Shown here: positions 19,844 through 26,544 of the stretch, piece by piece
Layout: the number at the start of each line of letters is the position of its first letter
How positions within the stretch are numbered: position 1 is the stretch's first letter
Source of the DNA: Chryseobacterium gleum
GTDB taxonomy: Bacteria; Bacteroidota; Bacteroidia; Flavobacteriales_D; Sanyastnellaceae
Reading direction: 5' to 3'
Length of the DNA stretch: 32,489 bases
Assembly (NCBI GenBank): GCA_945878835.1
Contig: CAMCUG010000001.1
Coordinates: 1-32,489 of the forward strand
Notes under the pieces: generated by a model
What the model was told of the DNA's origin: nothing
Databases searched by the model: none
The model's input: only the letters and a program-made list of their open reading frames with translations
Program-made: the position numbers and the translations under genes

Positions 19844-19853
19844 AAAAGCGCGT

Positions 19854-20402
19854 TTATTCTTTTTCTACTTGCATATAGCTCAACTCCACAGGAGTTTTGC
19901 GTCCAAAAATCTTAACACTAACAGTTAACTTTTTCTTGTCTTCATTAATAACTTCTACCACTGCGCTGAAGTTGTTGAAAGGTCCATCAATAACCTTTAC
20001 ATTCTCTCCAACCACAAAAGGAATATTTATCTCTTCTCCTGTTTCAGCTAGCTCGTCTACTTTTCCTAAAATTCTATTCACTTCAGACAAACGAAGCGCT
20101 ACGGGCTCACCTTTCTTTTCAGAACCTAAAAATCCGATAACGTTGGTAACGTTACGAATGATGTGAGGAACTTCTCCAACGAGATTCGCTTCAATCAAAA
20201 TATAACCCGGAAGGTAGCTACGCTCTTTGCTCACCTTTTTTCCATTGCGGATTTGGAAAACTTTTTCGGTAGGAATGAGAACCTGACTTACGTAATCTTG
20301 AAGACCACGAGCCTTAATTTCGCTCTCAATAAATTCCTTAACCTTTTTTTCCTTCCCGCTAATGGCGCGAACCACGTACCACTTTTTTACAATATCGCTC
20401 AT
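19854..20402 (-). CDS. nusG: Transcription termination/antitermination factor NusG
   Basis: 182 aa with an NGN domain start (KWYVVRAISGKEKKV) and a KOW motif (GENVKVIDGPFNNFSAVV). Confidence 0.97.
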   Translation of the reverse strand: MSDIVKKWYVVRAISGKEKKVKEFIESEIKARGLQDYVSQVLIPTEKVFQIRNGKKVSKERSYLPGYILIEANLVGEVPHIIRNVTNVIGFLGSEKKGEPVALRLSEVNRILGKVDELAETGEEINIPFVVGENVKVIDGPFNNFSAVVEVINEDKKKLTVSVKIFGRKTPVELSYMQVEKE

Positions 20403-20419
20403 TATTCCGAGTTGTTATG

Positions 20420-20617
20420 TTAGGCAATAAAGTCATAAATCATTTTAATGATTCCCTTACCGAAGGCAAAGTCTATTAAAAAGATCAAGGCTCCCAAAAC
20501 CAGAATGGATATGAATGTAAGTACAGTGCTTTCTTGCAATTCCTTCCAAGCAGGCCAAGTTACTTTATTCATCAACTCATCGTATGATTCCTTCAAATAT
20601 GTAATAATTGCTGCCAT
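20420..20617 (-). CDS. secE: Preprotein translocase subunit SecE
   Basis: The ATG at 20617 gives a 65-aa protein with a KESYDELMNKVTWP motif and one TM helix. The longer track ORF (to 20662) runs into tRNA-Trp. Confidence 0.9.
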   Translation of the reverse strand: MAAIITYLKESYDELMNKVTWPAWKELQESTVLTFISILVLGALIFLIDFAFGKGIIKMIYDFIA

Positions 20618-20632
20618 AACTTTTAGTTTTCG

Positions 20633-20703
20633 CACGGGCGCCTGGACTCGAACCAAGATCAACGGTTTTGGAGACCGCTATTCTACCATTGAACTACGCC
20701 CGT
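20633..20703 (-). tRNA. tRNA-Trp (anticodon CCA)
   Basis: Hand-folded cloverleaf: acceptor ACGGGCG/CGCCCGT, anticodon arm GCGGT-CUCCAAA-ACCGT, T arm CTTGG-TTCGAGT-CCAGG. 3' CCA is not encoded. Confidence 0.9.
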
Positions 20704-20720
20704 AAGGTTGTTTCTATAAA

Positions 20721-20763
20721 TGTCAAAAGTGAAGACAGAAACTTACGCAGTTTCCGCCTTCAC
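20721..20763 (-). terminator. Terminator/attenuator-like hairpin downstream of tuf
   Basis: The minus-strand RNA reads GUGAAG-GCG-GAAAC-UGCGUAA-GUUUC-UGU-CUUCAC followed by UUUUGACAUUUAU. The stem is interrupted and the U tract is moderate. Confidence 0.5.
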
Positions 20764-20779
20764 TATGTTGTACTAAATA

Positions 20780-21967
20780 TTACTTAATGATATCAGTTAC
20801 TTGTCCAGCACCAACGGTACGGCCACCTTCGCGTATAGCGAAACGAAGACCTTTGTCCATTGCGATTGGAGCAATTAATTTAACAGTGATAGATACGTTA
20901 TCTCCAGGAAGTACCATTTCGCGACCAGCATCTAGAGAAATCTCTCCAGTTACGTCAGTTGTACGGAAGTAGAACTGTGGACGGTATTTGTTATGGAATG
21001 GAGTGTGACGTCCACCTTCTTCTTTCTTCAATACGTAGATCTCAGCTTTGAATTCAGTGTGAGGAAGGATTGAACCTGGAGCACAGATAACCATACCACG
21101 ACGGATATCACTCTTTTCAATTCCACGCAACAACAAACCAACGTTGTCACCTGCTTCTCCGCGATCTAAGATCTTACGGAACATCTCAACACCAGTACAA
21201 ACTGATTTTAACTTTTCTTCATTGAAACCAATGATATCAACCTCATTTCCTGTGTTGATAACACCACGCTCGATACGTCCAGTTGCTACGGTACCACGAC
21301 CAGTGATCGTAAATACGTCCTCAACAGACATCAAGAAAGGCTTCTCAGTTTCACGAGGAGGAATTGGAATCCAAGTATCAACTGCATTCATTAATTCCAT
21401 AACTGTAGCAACCCATTTTGCATCACCATTCAATGCACCCAAAGCAGAACCTTGGATAACTGGAGTATTGTCTCCGTCGTATTCGTAGAAGGAAAGTAAT
21501 TCACGAATCTCCATTTCAACCAACTCTAACAATTCTGGATCATCTACCATGTCAACTTTGTTCATGAAAACCACAATACGTGGAACACCAACTTGACGAC
21601 CTAATAGGATGTGCTCGCGAGTTTGTGGCATTGGACCATCTGTAGCTGCAACAACTAAGATAGCACCATCCATTTGGGCAGCACCAGTAACCATGTTCTT
21701 AACATAGTCAGCGTGACCTGGACAATCAACGTGAGCATAGTGACGGTTTGCTGTTGCGTACTCAACGTGAGCAGTGTTAATTGTGATACCACGCTCTTTT
21801 TCTTCAGGAGCGTTATCGATAGAGGCGAAATCACGCTTCTCTGCTAAACCTTCACCGGCCAATACGTTAGTGATGGCAGCGGTTAACGTAGTTTTACCGT
21901 GGTCTACGTGACCAATAGTTCCAATGTTCACGTGGGGTTTGGAACGGTCAAATGCTTCTTTAGCCAT
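20780..21967 (-). CDS. tuf: Elongation factor Tu
   Basis: 395 aa with [18 protein letters not shown] and NKVD GTPase motifs. Confidence 0.99.
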   Translation of the reverse strand: MAKEAFDRSKPHVNIGTIGHVDHGKTTLTAAITNVLAGEGLAEKRDFASIDNAPEEKERGITINTAHVEYATANRHYAHVDCPGHADYVKNMVTGAAQMDGAILVVAATDGPMPQTREHILLGRQVGVPRIVVFMNKVDMVDDPELLELVEMEIRELLSFYEYDGDNTPVIQGSALGALNGDAKWVATVMELMNAVDTWIPIPPRETEKPFLMSVEDVFTITGRGTVATGRIERGVINTGNEVDIIGFNEEKLKSVCTGVEMFRKILDRGEAGDNVGLLLRGIEKSDIRRGMVICAPGSILPHTEFKAEIYVLKKEEGGRHTPFHNKYRPQFYFRTTDVTGEISLDAGREMVLPGDNVSITVKLIAPIAMDKGLRFAIREGGRTVGAGQVTDIIK

Positions 21968-21970
21968 TGG

Positions 21971-21996
21971 GTTGTTTGTTTGTTTGTTTTTTTTTT
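21971..21996 (-). repeat. Simple-sequence tuf leader: A10 followed by (CAAA)n immediately upstream of the start codon
   Basis: The plus strand reads gttgtttgtttgtttg followed by T10 (21987-21996). The mRNA sense is AAAAAAAAAACAAACAAACAAACAACCCA-ATG, with no GGAGG-like element. Confidence 0.7.
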
Positions 21997-22089
21997 ATTT
22001 CTTTATTAAATAGCCTTTCTTATTTGTTCAATTGCAAAACTTAAATCACTTTGTACAATTACGCTTCTATTCATTTAACTTCTCTGTAG

Positions 22090-22161
<72 letters not shown>

Positions 22162-22175
22162 TTTTGGGAAAGTAG

Positions 22176-22248
22176 AGCGGGAGACGAGGCTCGAACTCGC
22201 GACATTTAGCTTGGAAGGCTAATGCTCTACCAACTGAGCTACTCCCGC
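22176..22248 (-). tRNA. tRNA-Gly (anticodon TCC)
   Basis: Hand fold: acceptor GCGGGAG/CTCCCGC, anticodon loop CTTCCAA, T loop TTCGAGC. 73 nt. Confidence 0.93.
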
Positions 22249-22293
22249 TTTTTATTGACCGACAGTCATTCCACCCTAATGAGCAGTAAAGAG

Positions 22294-22376
22294 TGGGGAG
22301 AACAGGATTCGAACCTGTGAAGGTGTACACCAACAGATTTACAGTCTGTTCTCGTTGGCCGCTTGAGTATCTCCCC
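22294..22376 (-). tRNA. tRNA-Tyr (anticodon GTA), long variable arm
   Basis: Hand fold: acceptor GGGGAGA/TCTCCCC, anticodon loop CTGTAAA, 14-nt variable arm, T loop TTCGAAT. 83 nt. Confidence 0.93.
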
Positions 22377-22381
22377 TTTGG

Positions 22382-22455
22382 AGCCGGTGGAGGGATTCGA
22401 ACCCCCGACCAGCTGATTACAAATCAGCTGCTCTGGCCAGCTGAGCTACACCGGC
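22382..22455 (-). tRNA. tRNA-Thr (anticodon TGT)
   Basis: Hand fold: acceptor GCCGGTG/CACCGGC, anticodon loop TTTGTAA, T loop TTCGAAT. 74 nt. CCA is encoded at 22381-22379, then only 2 nt precede tRNA-Tyr. Confidence 0.93.
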
Positions 22456-22486
22456 GTCAAAACGTTTTTAGTGATTCAAAGAACTA

Positions 22487-22518
22487 CAACAAAAACAACC
22501 CCAATCCGTAAATTGGGG
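22487..22518 (-). terminator. Rho-independent terminator downstream of hpf
   Basis: The minus-strand RNA reads CCCCAAU-UUACGG-AUUGGGG (22518-22499) followed by UUGUUUUUGUUG. Confidence 0.7.
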
Positions 22519-22521
22519 GTG

Positions 22522-22551
22522 CAAAGGTAGTTATTATTTTGACATATCCAA
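22522..22551 (-). promoter_or_regulatory. Bacteroidota sigma-A promoter for the tRNA-Thr-Tyr-Gly-Thr-tuf unit (TTG-N19-TACCTTTG)
   Basis: On the minus strand, TTG is at 22551-22549, the spacer is exactly 19 nt, and TACCTTTG is at 22529-22522. The extended -33 reads TTTGGA. Confidence 0.55.
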
Positions 22552-22568
22552 ACTCTAATGCAATTTTT

Positions 22569-22859
22569 TTACTGCTTTTCCTTATTTTTTTCAATCTGGT
22601 GCTTCAGCGCATCAACAGCCAAATCCGTAGCTTCTTCGAATGTCTTGCATTGCTTTTTTGCAAAGAGCTCTTTTCCAGGTACTTTTAGTATTATTTCCGT
22701 GATTTTGTTCTCCTGATCGGCATTTTTATCCAATCGTAATAAAATTTCAGCTTTATGTATCCCCGGATGAAAAACACCTAACTTTTTTGTTTTCTCCTCA
22801 ACGAATTCGATCAACTTTAAGTCGGCGTCGAAATGAATACTTTGAACTGTGATTTGCAT
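22569..22859 (-). CDS. hpf: Ribosome hibernation promoting factor / RaiA family (short form)
   Basis: 96 aa. MQITVQSIHFDADLKLIEFVEEKTKKL...A..DLAVDALKHQIEK is typical of the sigma-54 modulation/HPF fold. Confidence 0.9.
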   Translation of the reverse strand: MQITVQSIHFDADLKLIEFVEEKTKKLGVFHPGIHKAEILLRLDKNADQENKITEIILKVPGKELFAKKQCKTFEEATDLAVDALKHQIEKNKEKQ

Positions 22860-22864
22860 AGCGA

Positions 22865-23755
22865 TTAGTTTTTAGGTGATTTATTTTCTCTTGGGTGCAA
22901 ATGAGAATGGATACGTTTCAAACGATCGGTGCTCAAATGGGTGTATACTTGCGTGGCAGCTAAATTAGCATGACCTAAGATTTCTTTGATGTGATTCAAA
23001 TCGGCCCCGTTGTTCAGCATGTGAGTAGCAAAACTATGGCGCAAAACGTGAGGACTTTTTTTCTTCTGAGTCGTAACAAGCGATAAGGAGGATTTAACCC
23101 TTCTATAAAAGCTCGACCTACTTAACGGTCGTCCCTTTTCGTTCTGAAACAATGCAGCTTCACTGTTAATTAATTGAGCCGAGCTCATATGCAATTTTAA
23201 CTTTTGAATCATTTCTTCGTTAACGGGCACATACCTGACTTTGTTTCGCTTGCCTAAAACTTTTATTTGCCCCATTCCAAAGTCAATATCACGATGCCGA
23301 AGTCCCATCATCTCGGATAGGCGAATTCCAGTTTCGTAAAACAGTTGAATCATCAGCGCATTAACTTTTTCGGAATAACTGTCTGTATCGTCGAGCCGAT
23401 ACAAATCGAGCCCTTGCTGTTCTTGCAGTGTTTCAGGCAAGCGGGAGGGACGTTTAGGCTTCGTAACTCCTTTTGATGGATTAATTTCAATCTCCTTCCG
23501 CTTCATTAAAAATCGAAACCAAGCGTTGAGCGCAGATAATTTACGATGAATGCTCCGCTCCGAAATATCCTGAATCATTAACTCACTTATCCAACTTCGA
23601 ATATGCGTGGTTTGCACATTTGCAACATCGGCAATCTCAAATTGGACGAGCATGAATTCTTCGAATTGACCTATATCACTGCGGTAAGCCGAAACTGTAT
23701 GAACAGAAGACCGCTTTTCGCTGGTTAAGTATTCAAAGAATGGAGTAGTGTTCAC
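22865..23755 (-). CDS. Tyrosine recombinase, XerC/XerD-like (GTG start)
   Basis: 296 aa. The N-terminal SAM-like domain is FFEYLTSEKRSSVHTVSAYRSDIGQF. Catalytic-region motifs are GIRLSEM, HVLRHSFATHML and LGHANLAATQVYTH. It sits 5 nt upstream of hpf. Confidence 0.9.
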   Translation of the reverse strand: MNTTPFFEYLTSEKRSSVHTVSAYRSDIGQFEEFMLVQFEIADVANVQTTHIRSWISELMIQDISERSIHRKLSALNAWFRFLMKRKEIEINPSKGVTKPKRPSRLPETLQEQQGLDLYRLDDTDSYSEKVNALMIQLFYETGIRLSEMMGLRHRDIDFGMGQIKVLGKRNKVRYVPVNEEMIQKLKLHMSSAQLINSEAALFQNEKGRPLSRSSFYRRVKSSLSLVTTQKKKSPHVLRHSFATHMLNNGADLNHIKEILGHANLAATQVYTHLSTDRLKRIHSHLHPRENKSPKN

Positions 23756-23761
23756 TTGGTG

Positions 23762-23797
23762 AAAATAAAAAAGGTCTTGGATTAACCCAAGACCTTT
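23762..23797 (-). terminator. Rho-independent terminator of rpsU
   Basis: A perfect 11-bp stem pairs AAAGGTCTTGG (23770-23780) with CCAAGACCTTT (23787-23797). The minus-strand tail is UUUAUUUU. Confidence 0.8.
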
Positions 23798-23818
23798 GAT
23801 AAATATTGTTCAATTCAA

Positions 23819-24013
23819 TTAAGAATTCTCTTCACGCTTCATTGCAGCAATGTAAACAGCATGTTTCATTTCGTCACGACGACGAACACTTTTCTTAGTG
23901 AATTGTTGACGAGCACGCAATTCTTTTACAACACCTGTTCTTTCAAATTTCTTTTTGAACTTTTTAAGTGCCTTGTCTATGCTTTCGCCTTCTTTTACTG
24001 GAATAATTAACAT
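23819..24013 (-). CDS. rpsU: 30S ribosomal protein S21
   Basis: 64 aa, basic, with ESIDKALKKFKKKFERTGVVKELRARQQFTKKSVRRR. Confidence 0.95.
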   Translation of the reverse strand: MLIIPVKEGESIDKALKKFKKKFERTGVVKELRARQQFTKKSVRRRDEMKHAVYIAAMKREENS

Positions 24014-24040
24014 GTCTTTACTGTTTCTTTAATTGGGCGA

Positions 24041-24070
24041 CAAAAGTAATGAACTTTTCCCATTCTCCAA
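24041..24070 (-). promoter_or_regulatory. Bacteroidota sigma-A promoter for rpsU (TTG-N19-TACTTTTG)
   Basis: On the minus strand, TTG is at 24070-24068, the spacer is exactly 19 nt, and TACTTTTG is at 24048-24041. The extended -33 TTTGGAGAAT is identical to that of the tRNA-Val promoter. Confidence 0.55.
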
Positions 24071-24073
24071 ATC

Positions 24074-25213
24074 TTATTTAAGAATTTCTCTAGAAATTAC
24101 TATTTTTTGGATTTCCGAGGTGCCTTCACCAATGGTACAGAGCTTTGAATCGCGGTAAAACTTTTCTACAGGGAAGTCTTTCGTATAGCCATACCCACCA
24201 AAAATCTGAACGGCCTCGGTCGACACTCTAACAGCGACTTCAGAGGCATAATATTTTGCCATTGCAGATTCCTTAGTAAGTTTCTTTTTACTGTTTTTCA
24301 AATGAGCAGCCTGTAGCAAAAGCAATTCCGCAGCCTCAATGTCAGTTCGCATATCAGCAATTTTAAATGCGATGGCTTGGAATTGTGAAATAGGTTTCCC
24401 AAATTGCTCTCTTTCTTTTGAATACTGAACGGCGGCTTCGTAAGCACCTTTCGCAATTCCTAGTGAAAGGGCTCCAATGCTAATTCTCCCTCCATCTAAA
24501 ATCTTCATAGCTTGGCTGAATCCTTCGCCAACCTTTCCCAATATTTGACTTTCGTGAATTCGGCAATCTTCAAAAATTAGTTCTGCCGTTTCTGAGGCAC
24601 GCATTCCTAATTTATTTTCCTTCTTTCCTCCGCTGAATCCCGGTGTATTTCTTTCAACAACAAATGCTGTTATCCCATGAGAATCTAGCAGATCACCTGT
24701 TCTTACAAGTACCACAGCTACTTCTCCGCTAATGCCATGTGTAATCCAGTTTTTAGTGCCGTTAACGATCCAGTATTCTCCGTCTTTAACAGCAGTGCAC
24801 TTCATGCGCATAGCGTCAGAGCCGGTATTCGCTTCGGTTAATCCCCATGCACCTACCCATTCGCCTGAGGCCAATTTTGGAAGATACTTTTGCTTTTGTT
24901 CTTCGTTTCCGAATTCTAAAATATGATTGGTGCAAAGCGAATTGTGCGCAGCAACACTGAGTCCAATAGATCCGCAAACTTTTGAAATTTCAACGATACA
25001 TGCGATGTACTCGTAATAACCTAATCCAGCTCCGCCATATGCAGATGGCACGAGCACGCCCATAAGGCCAAGCTCACCCATTTTACGAAACAATTCTTTT
25101 GGGAAAATTTGTTCTTCGTCCCAGCGCATGACATGCGGTCTGATTTCTTTTTCAGCGAAGTCACGCACCATTTGCGAGATCATTGCTTCGCTTTCTTCTT
25201 GTTTGAAGTTCAT
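24074..25213 (-). CDS. Acyl-CoA dehydrogenase (short/branched-chain type)
   Basis: 379 aa with [32 protein letters not shown]...IGEGTSEIQ motifs. Confidence 0.95.
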   Translation of the reverse strand: MNFKQEESEAMISQMVRDFAEKEIRPHVMRWDEEQIFPKELFRKMGELGLMGVLVPSAYGGAGLGYYEYIACIVEISKVCGSIGLSVAAHNSLCTNHILEFGNEEQKQKYLPKLASGEWVGAWGLTEANTGSDAMRMKCTAVKDGEYWIVNGTKNWITHGISGEVAVVLVRTGDLLDSHGITAFVVERNTPGFSGGKKENKLGMRASETAELIFEDCRIHESQILGKVGEGFSQAMKILDGGRISIGALSLGIAKGAYEAAVQYSKEREQFGKPISQFQAIAFKIADMRTDIEAAELLLLQAAHLKNSKKKLTKESAMAKYYASEVAVRVSTEAVQIFGGYGYTKDFPVEKFYRDSKLCTIGEGTSEIQKIVISREILK

Positions 25214-25234
25214 GGTTCAGTTATTCTAATTTTT

Positions 25235-25768
25235 TTAATACGATGCAAAAGTATGTATGGTAGCGTTACTCAAACCAATGATTTCTCTTCCTTTTAGAAA
25301 ATTTAATTCCATGAGGAATGAAAAGGCTACTAATTCGGCACCGGTGCTTTTTATTAGCTGGGCTGCTGCATGCGCGGTCCCGCCAGTTGCTAGAACGTCG
25401 TCATGAAGGACAACGCGATCGTTTGATGTTAATGCCGTTTCCTGAATTTCAATCTCGGCATTGCCGTATTCTAACGAATAGGAGATGCTTGAAACAGCCC
25501 CTGGAAGCTTGCCTTTTTTTCTGATGCAAATAAAGGGTATTCCAAGTTCAAGGGCTAGCGGCATTCCCAATAAAAAGCCTCTGCTTTCCATGGCAACTAG
25601 GGCAGTCGGATTGTGCGTTCTGAGTTCCTTGGCCATCTCCAAAACCAACTCTTTAATGAGATTGGCATTTCGGAAAAGAGGTAGAATATCTTTGAAAATT
25701 ACCCCTTCGATCGGGAAATTAGGGATGTCTATAATGAGTTCACGGACTCTTTCCTGAAGTGTTTGCAT
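25235..25768 (-). CDS. apt: Adenine phosphoribosyltransferase
   Basis: It has the PRPP-binding motif VVLHDDVLATGGTA and DIPNFPIEGVIFKDI. The ATG at 25768 is preferred over the TTG at 25789. It overlaps the upstream gene by 29 nt. Confidence 0.93.
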   Translation of the reverse strand: MQTLQERVRELIIDIPNFPIEGVIFKDILPLFRNANLIKELVLEMAKELRTHNPTALVAMESRGFLLGMPLALELGIPFICIRKKGKLPGAVSSISYSLEYGNAEIEIQETALTSNDRVVLHDDVLATGGTAHAAAQLIKSTGAELVAFSFLMELNFLKGREIIGLSNATIHTFASY

Positions 25769-26375
25769 AAGATTGAAAATCCTTCGCAAGATAAGGTTTT
25801 AAACGGTCTTTCGTTTCGTCAGGCAGTGCAATAATTTTATTGAAATCATCTTGGTTTTTAAAGTTTCCGTTATTCTTGCGGAAAAGCACAATTGCTTTTG
25901 CTTCTTTGAAACTCACATAAGGGTGAAGAGCAAGTTCCTCCTCTGATTTGGTGTTAATGCCAAGGGGTTGAATGAGTGAAGTATTTACTTGAAGTGTGGA
26001 ATGAATGCGTTCGAAAATATACTCGGGAAAATGATATATTTCTAAGAGTTGAAAACTATTGGAATATCCACCAAGCTGTTCACGATAAACGAGAATTTTC
26101 GAGATTAAATACCCCGGAATACGCAGCTTTAATAGGTCTGCTGAGTCGGCACTGTTAATTTCAAGCGAGACGATTTGTTCTTTTTGAAAATTTGTATTTT
26201 TCTGAAACTGTGCAGAGTCAATGGTTTCTGATGCAAGTGAATCGTATTGAATAATAATAGTGCTTGTAGGAGAATAGAAAGCGCTTATTTCTTTATAGGT
26301 CAAGTAAAAAATAGCCAGTGAAATCCAAATGAGAATACTCACCCTTTGATCTCTTGAAAGAAAAGAATTTTTCAT
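25740..26375 (-). CDS. ComEA-like helix-hairpin-helix DNA-binding protein with an N-terminal membrane anchor
   Basis: There are two HhH-like segments (INSADSADLLKLRIPGYLISKILVYREQLGGY and EEELALHPYVSFKEAKAIVLFRKNNGNF). The TM helix is VSILIWISLAIFYLTY. The ATG at 26375 is preferred over the TTG at 26393. Confidence 0.8.
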   Translation of the reverse strand: MKNSFLSRDQRVSILIWISLAIFYLTYKEISAFYSPTSTIIIQYDSLASETIDSAQFQKNTNFQKEQIVSLEINSADSADLLKLRIPGYLISKILVYREQLGGYSNSFQLLEIYHFPEYIFERIHSTLQVNTSLIQPLGINTKSEEELALHPYVSFKEAKAIVLFRKNNGNFKNQDDFNKIIALPDETKDRLKPYLAKDFQSYANTSGKSP

Positions 26376-26544
26376 GCGTCTTTTTGTTTTCAAAGTTCAT
26401 TTTTGAATCAACAATACACAAATTGTTCGTATGTGATTTTCATATAAATTCAATCGGAGATTGAATCTAAACTTTCACCTGGCCCTACATTAATATAGGT
26501 TTGAAAGAAGAAGTTGTTATGCCGAAATTTCCTATAACCTTGAA

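Noticed and set aside
20618-20662. N-terminal extensions in the ORF track: secE to 20662, RhuM-Doc to 2505, rplJ to 18599, apt to 25789, ComEA-like to 26393 and the 8104 start
   Set aside because: All of the extended starts are TTG or GTG codons upstream of an ATG that gives the family-typical N-terminus. The secE extension runs into tRNA-Trp.
22865-23755. Tyrosine recombinase next to a tRNA cluster as a marker of an integrated genomic island
   Set aside because: The gene is embedded between rpsU and hpf in the core translation block. No cargo genes or duplicated tRNA 3' fragments were seen. The sequence looks Xer-like rather than phage-integrase-like.
26449-26467. Hairpin ATTCAATC-GGA-GATTGAAT downstream of the lectin gene, considered as a terminator
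   Set aside because: The stem is 8 bp and AT-rich, has a 3-nt loop and lacks a convincing U tract on the minus strand, so it is too weak to call.
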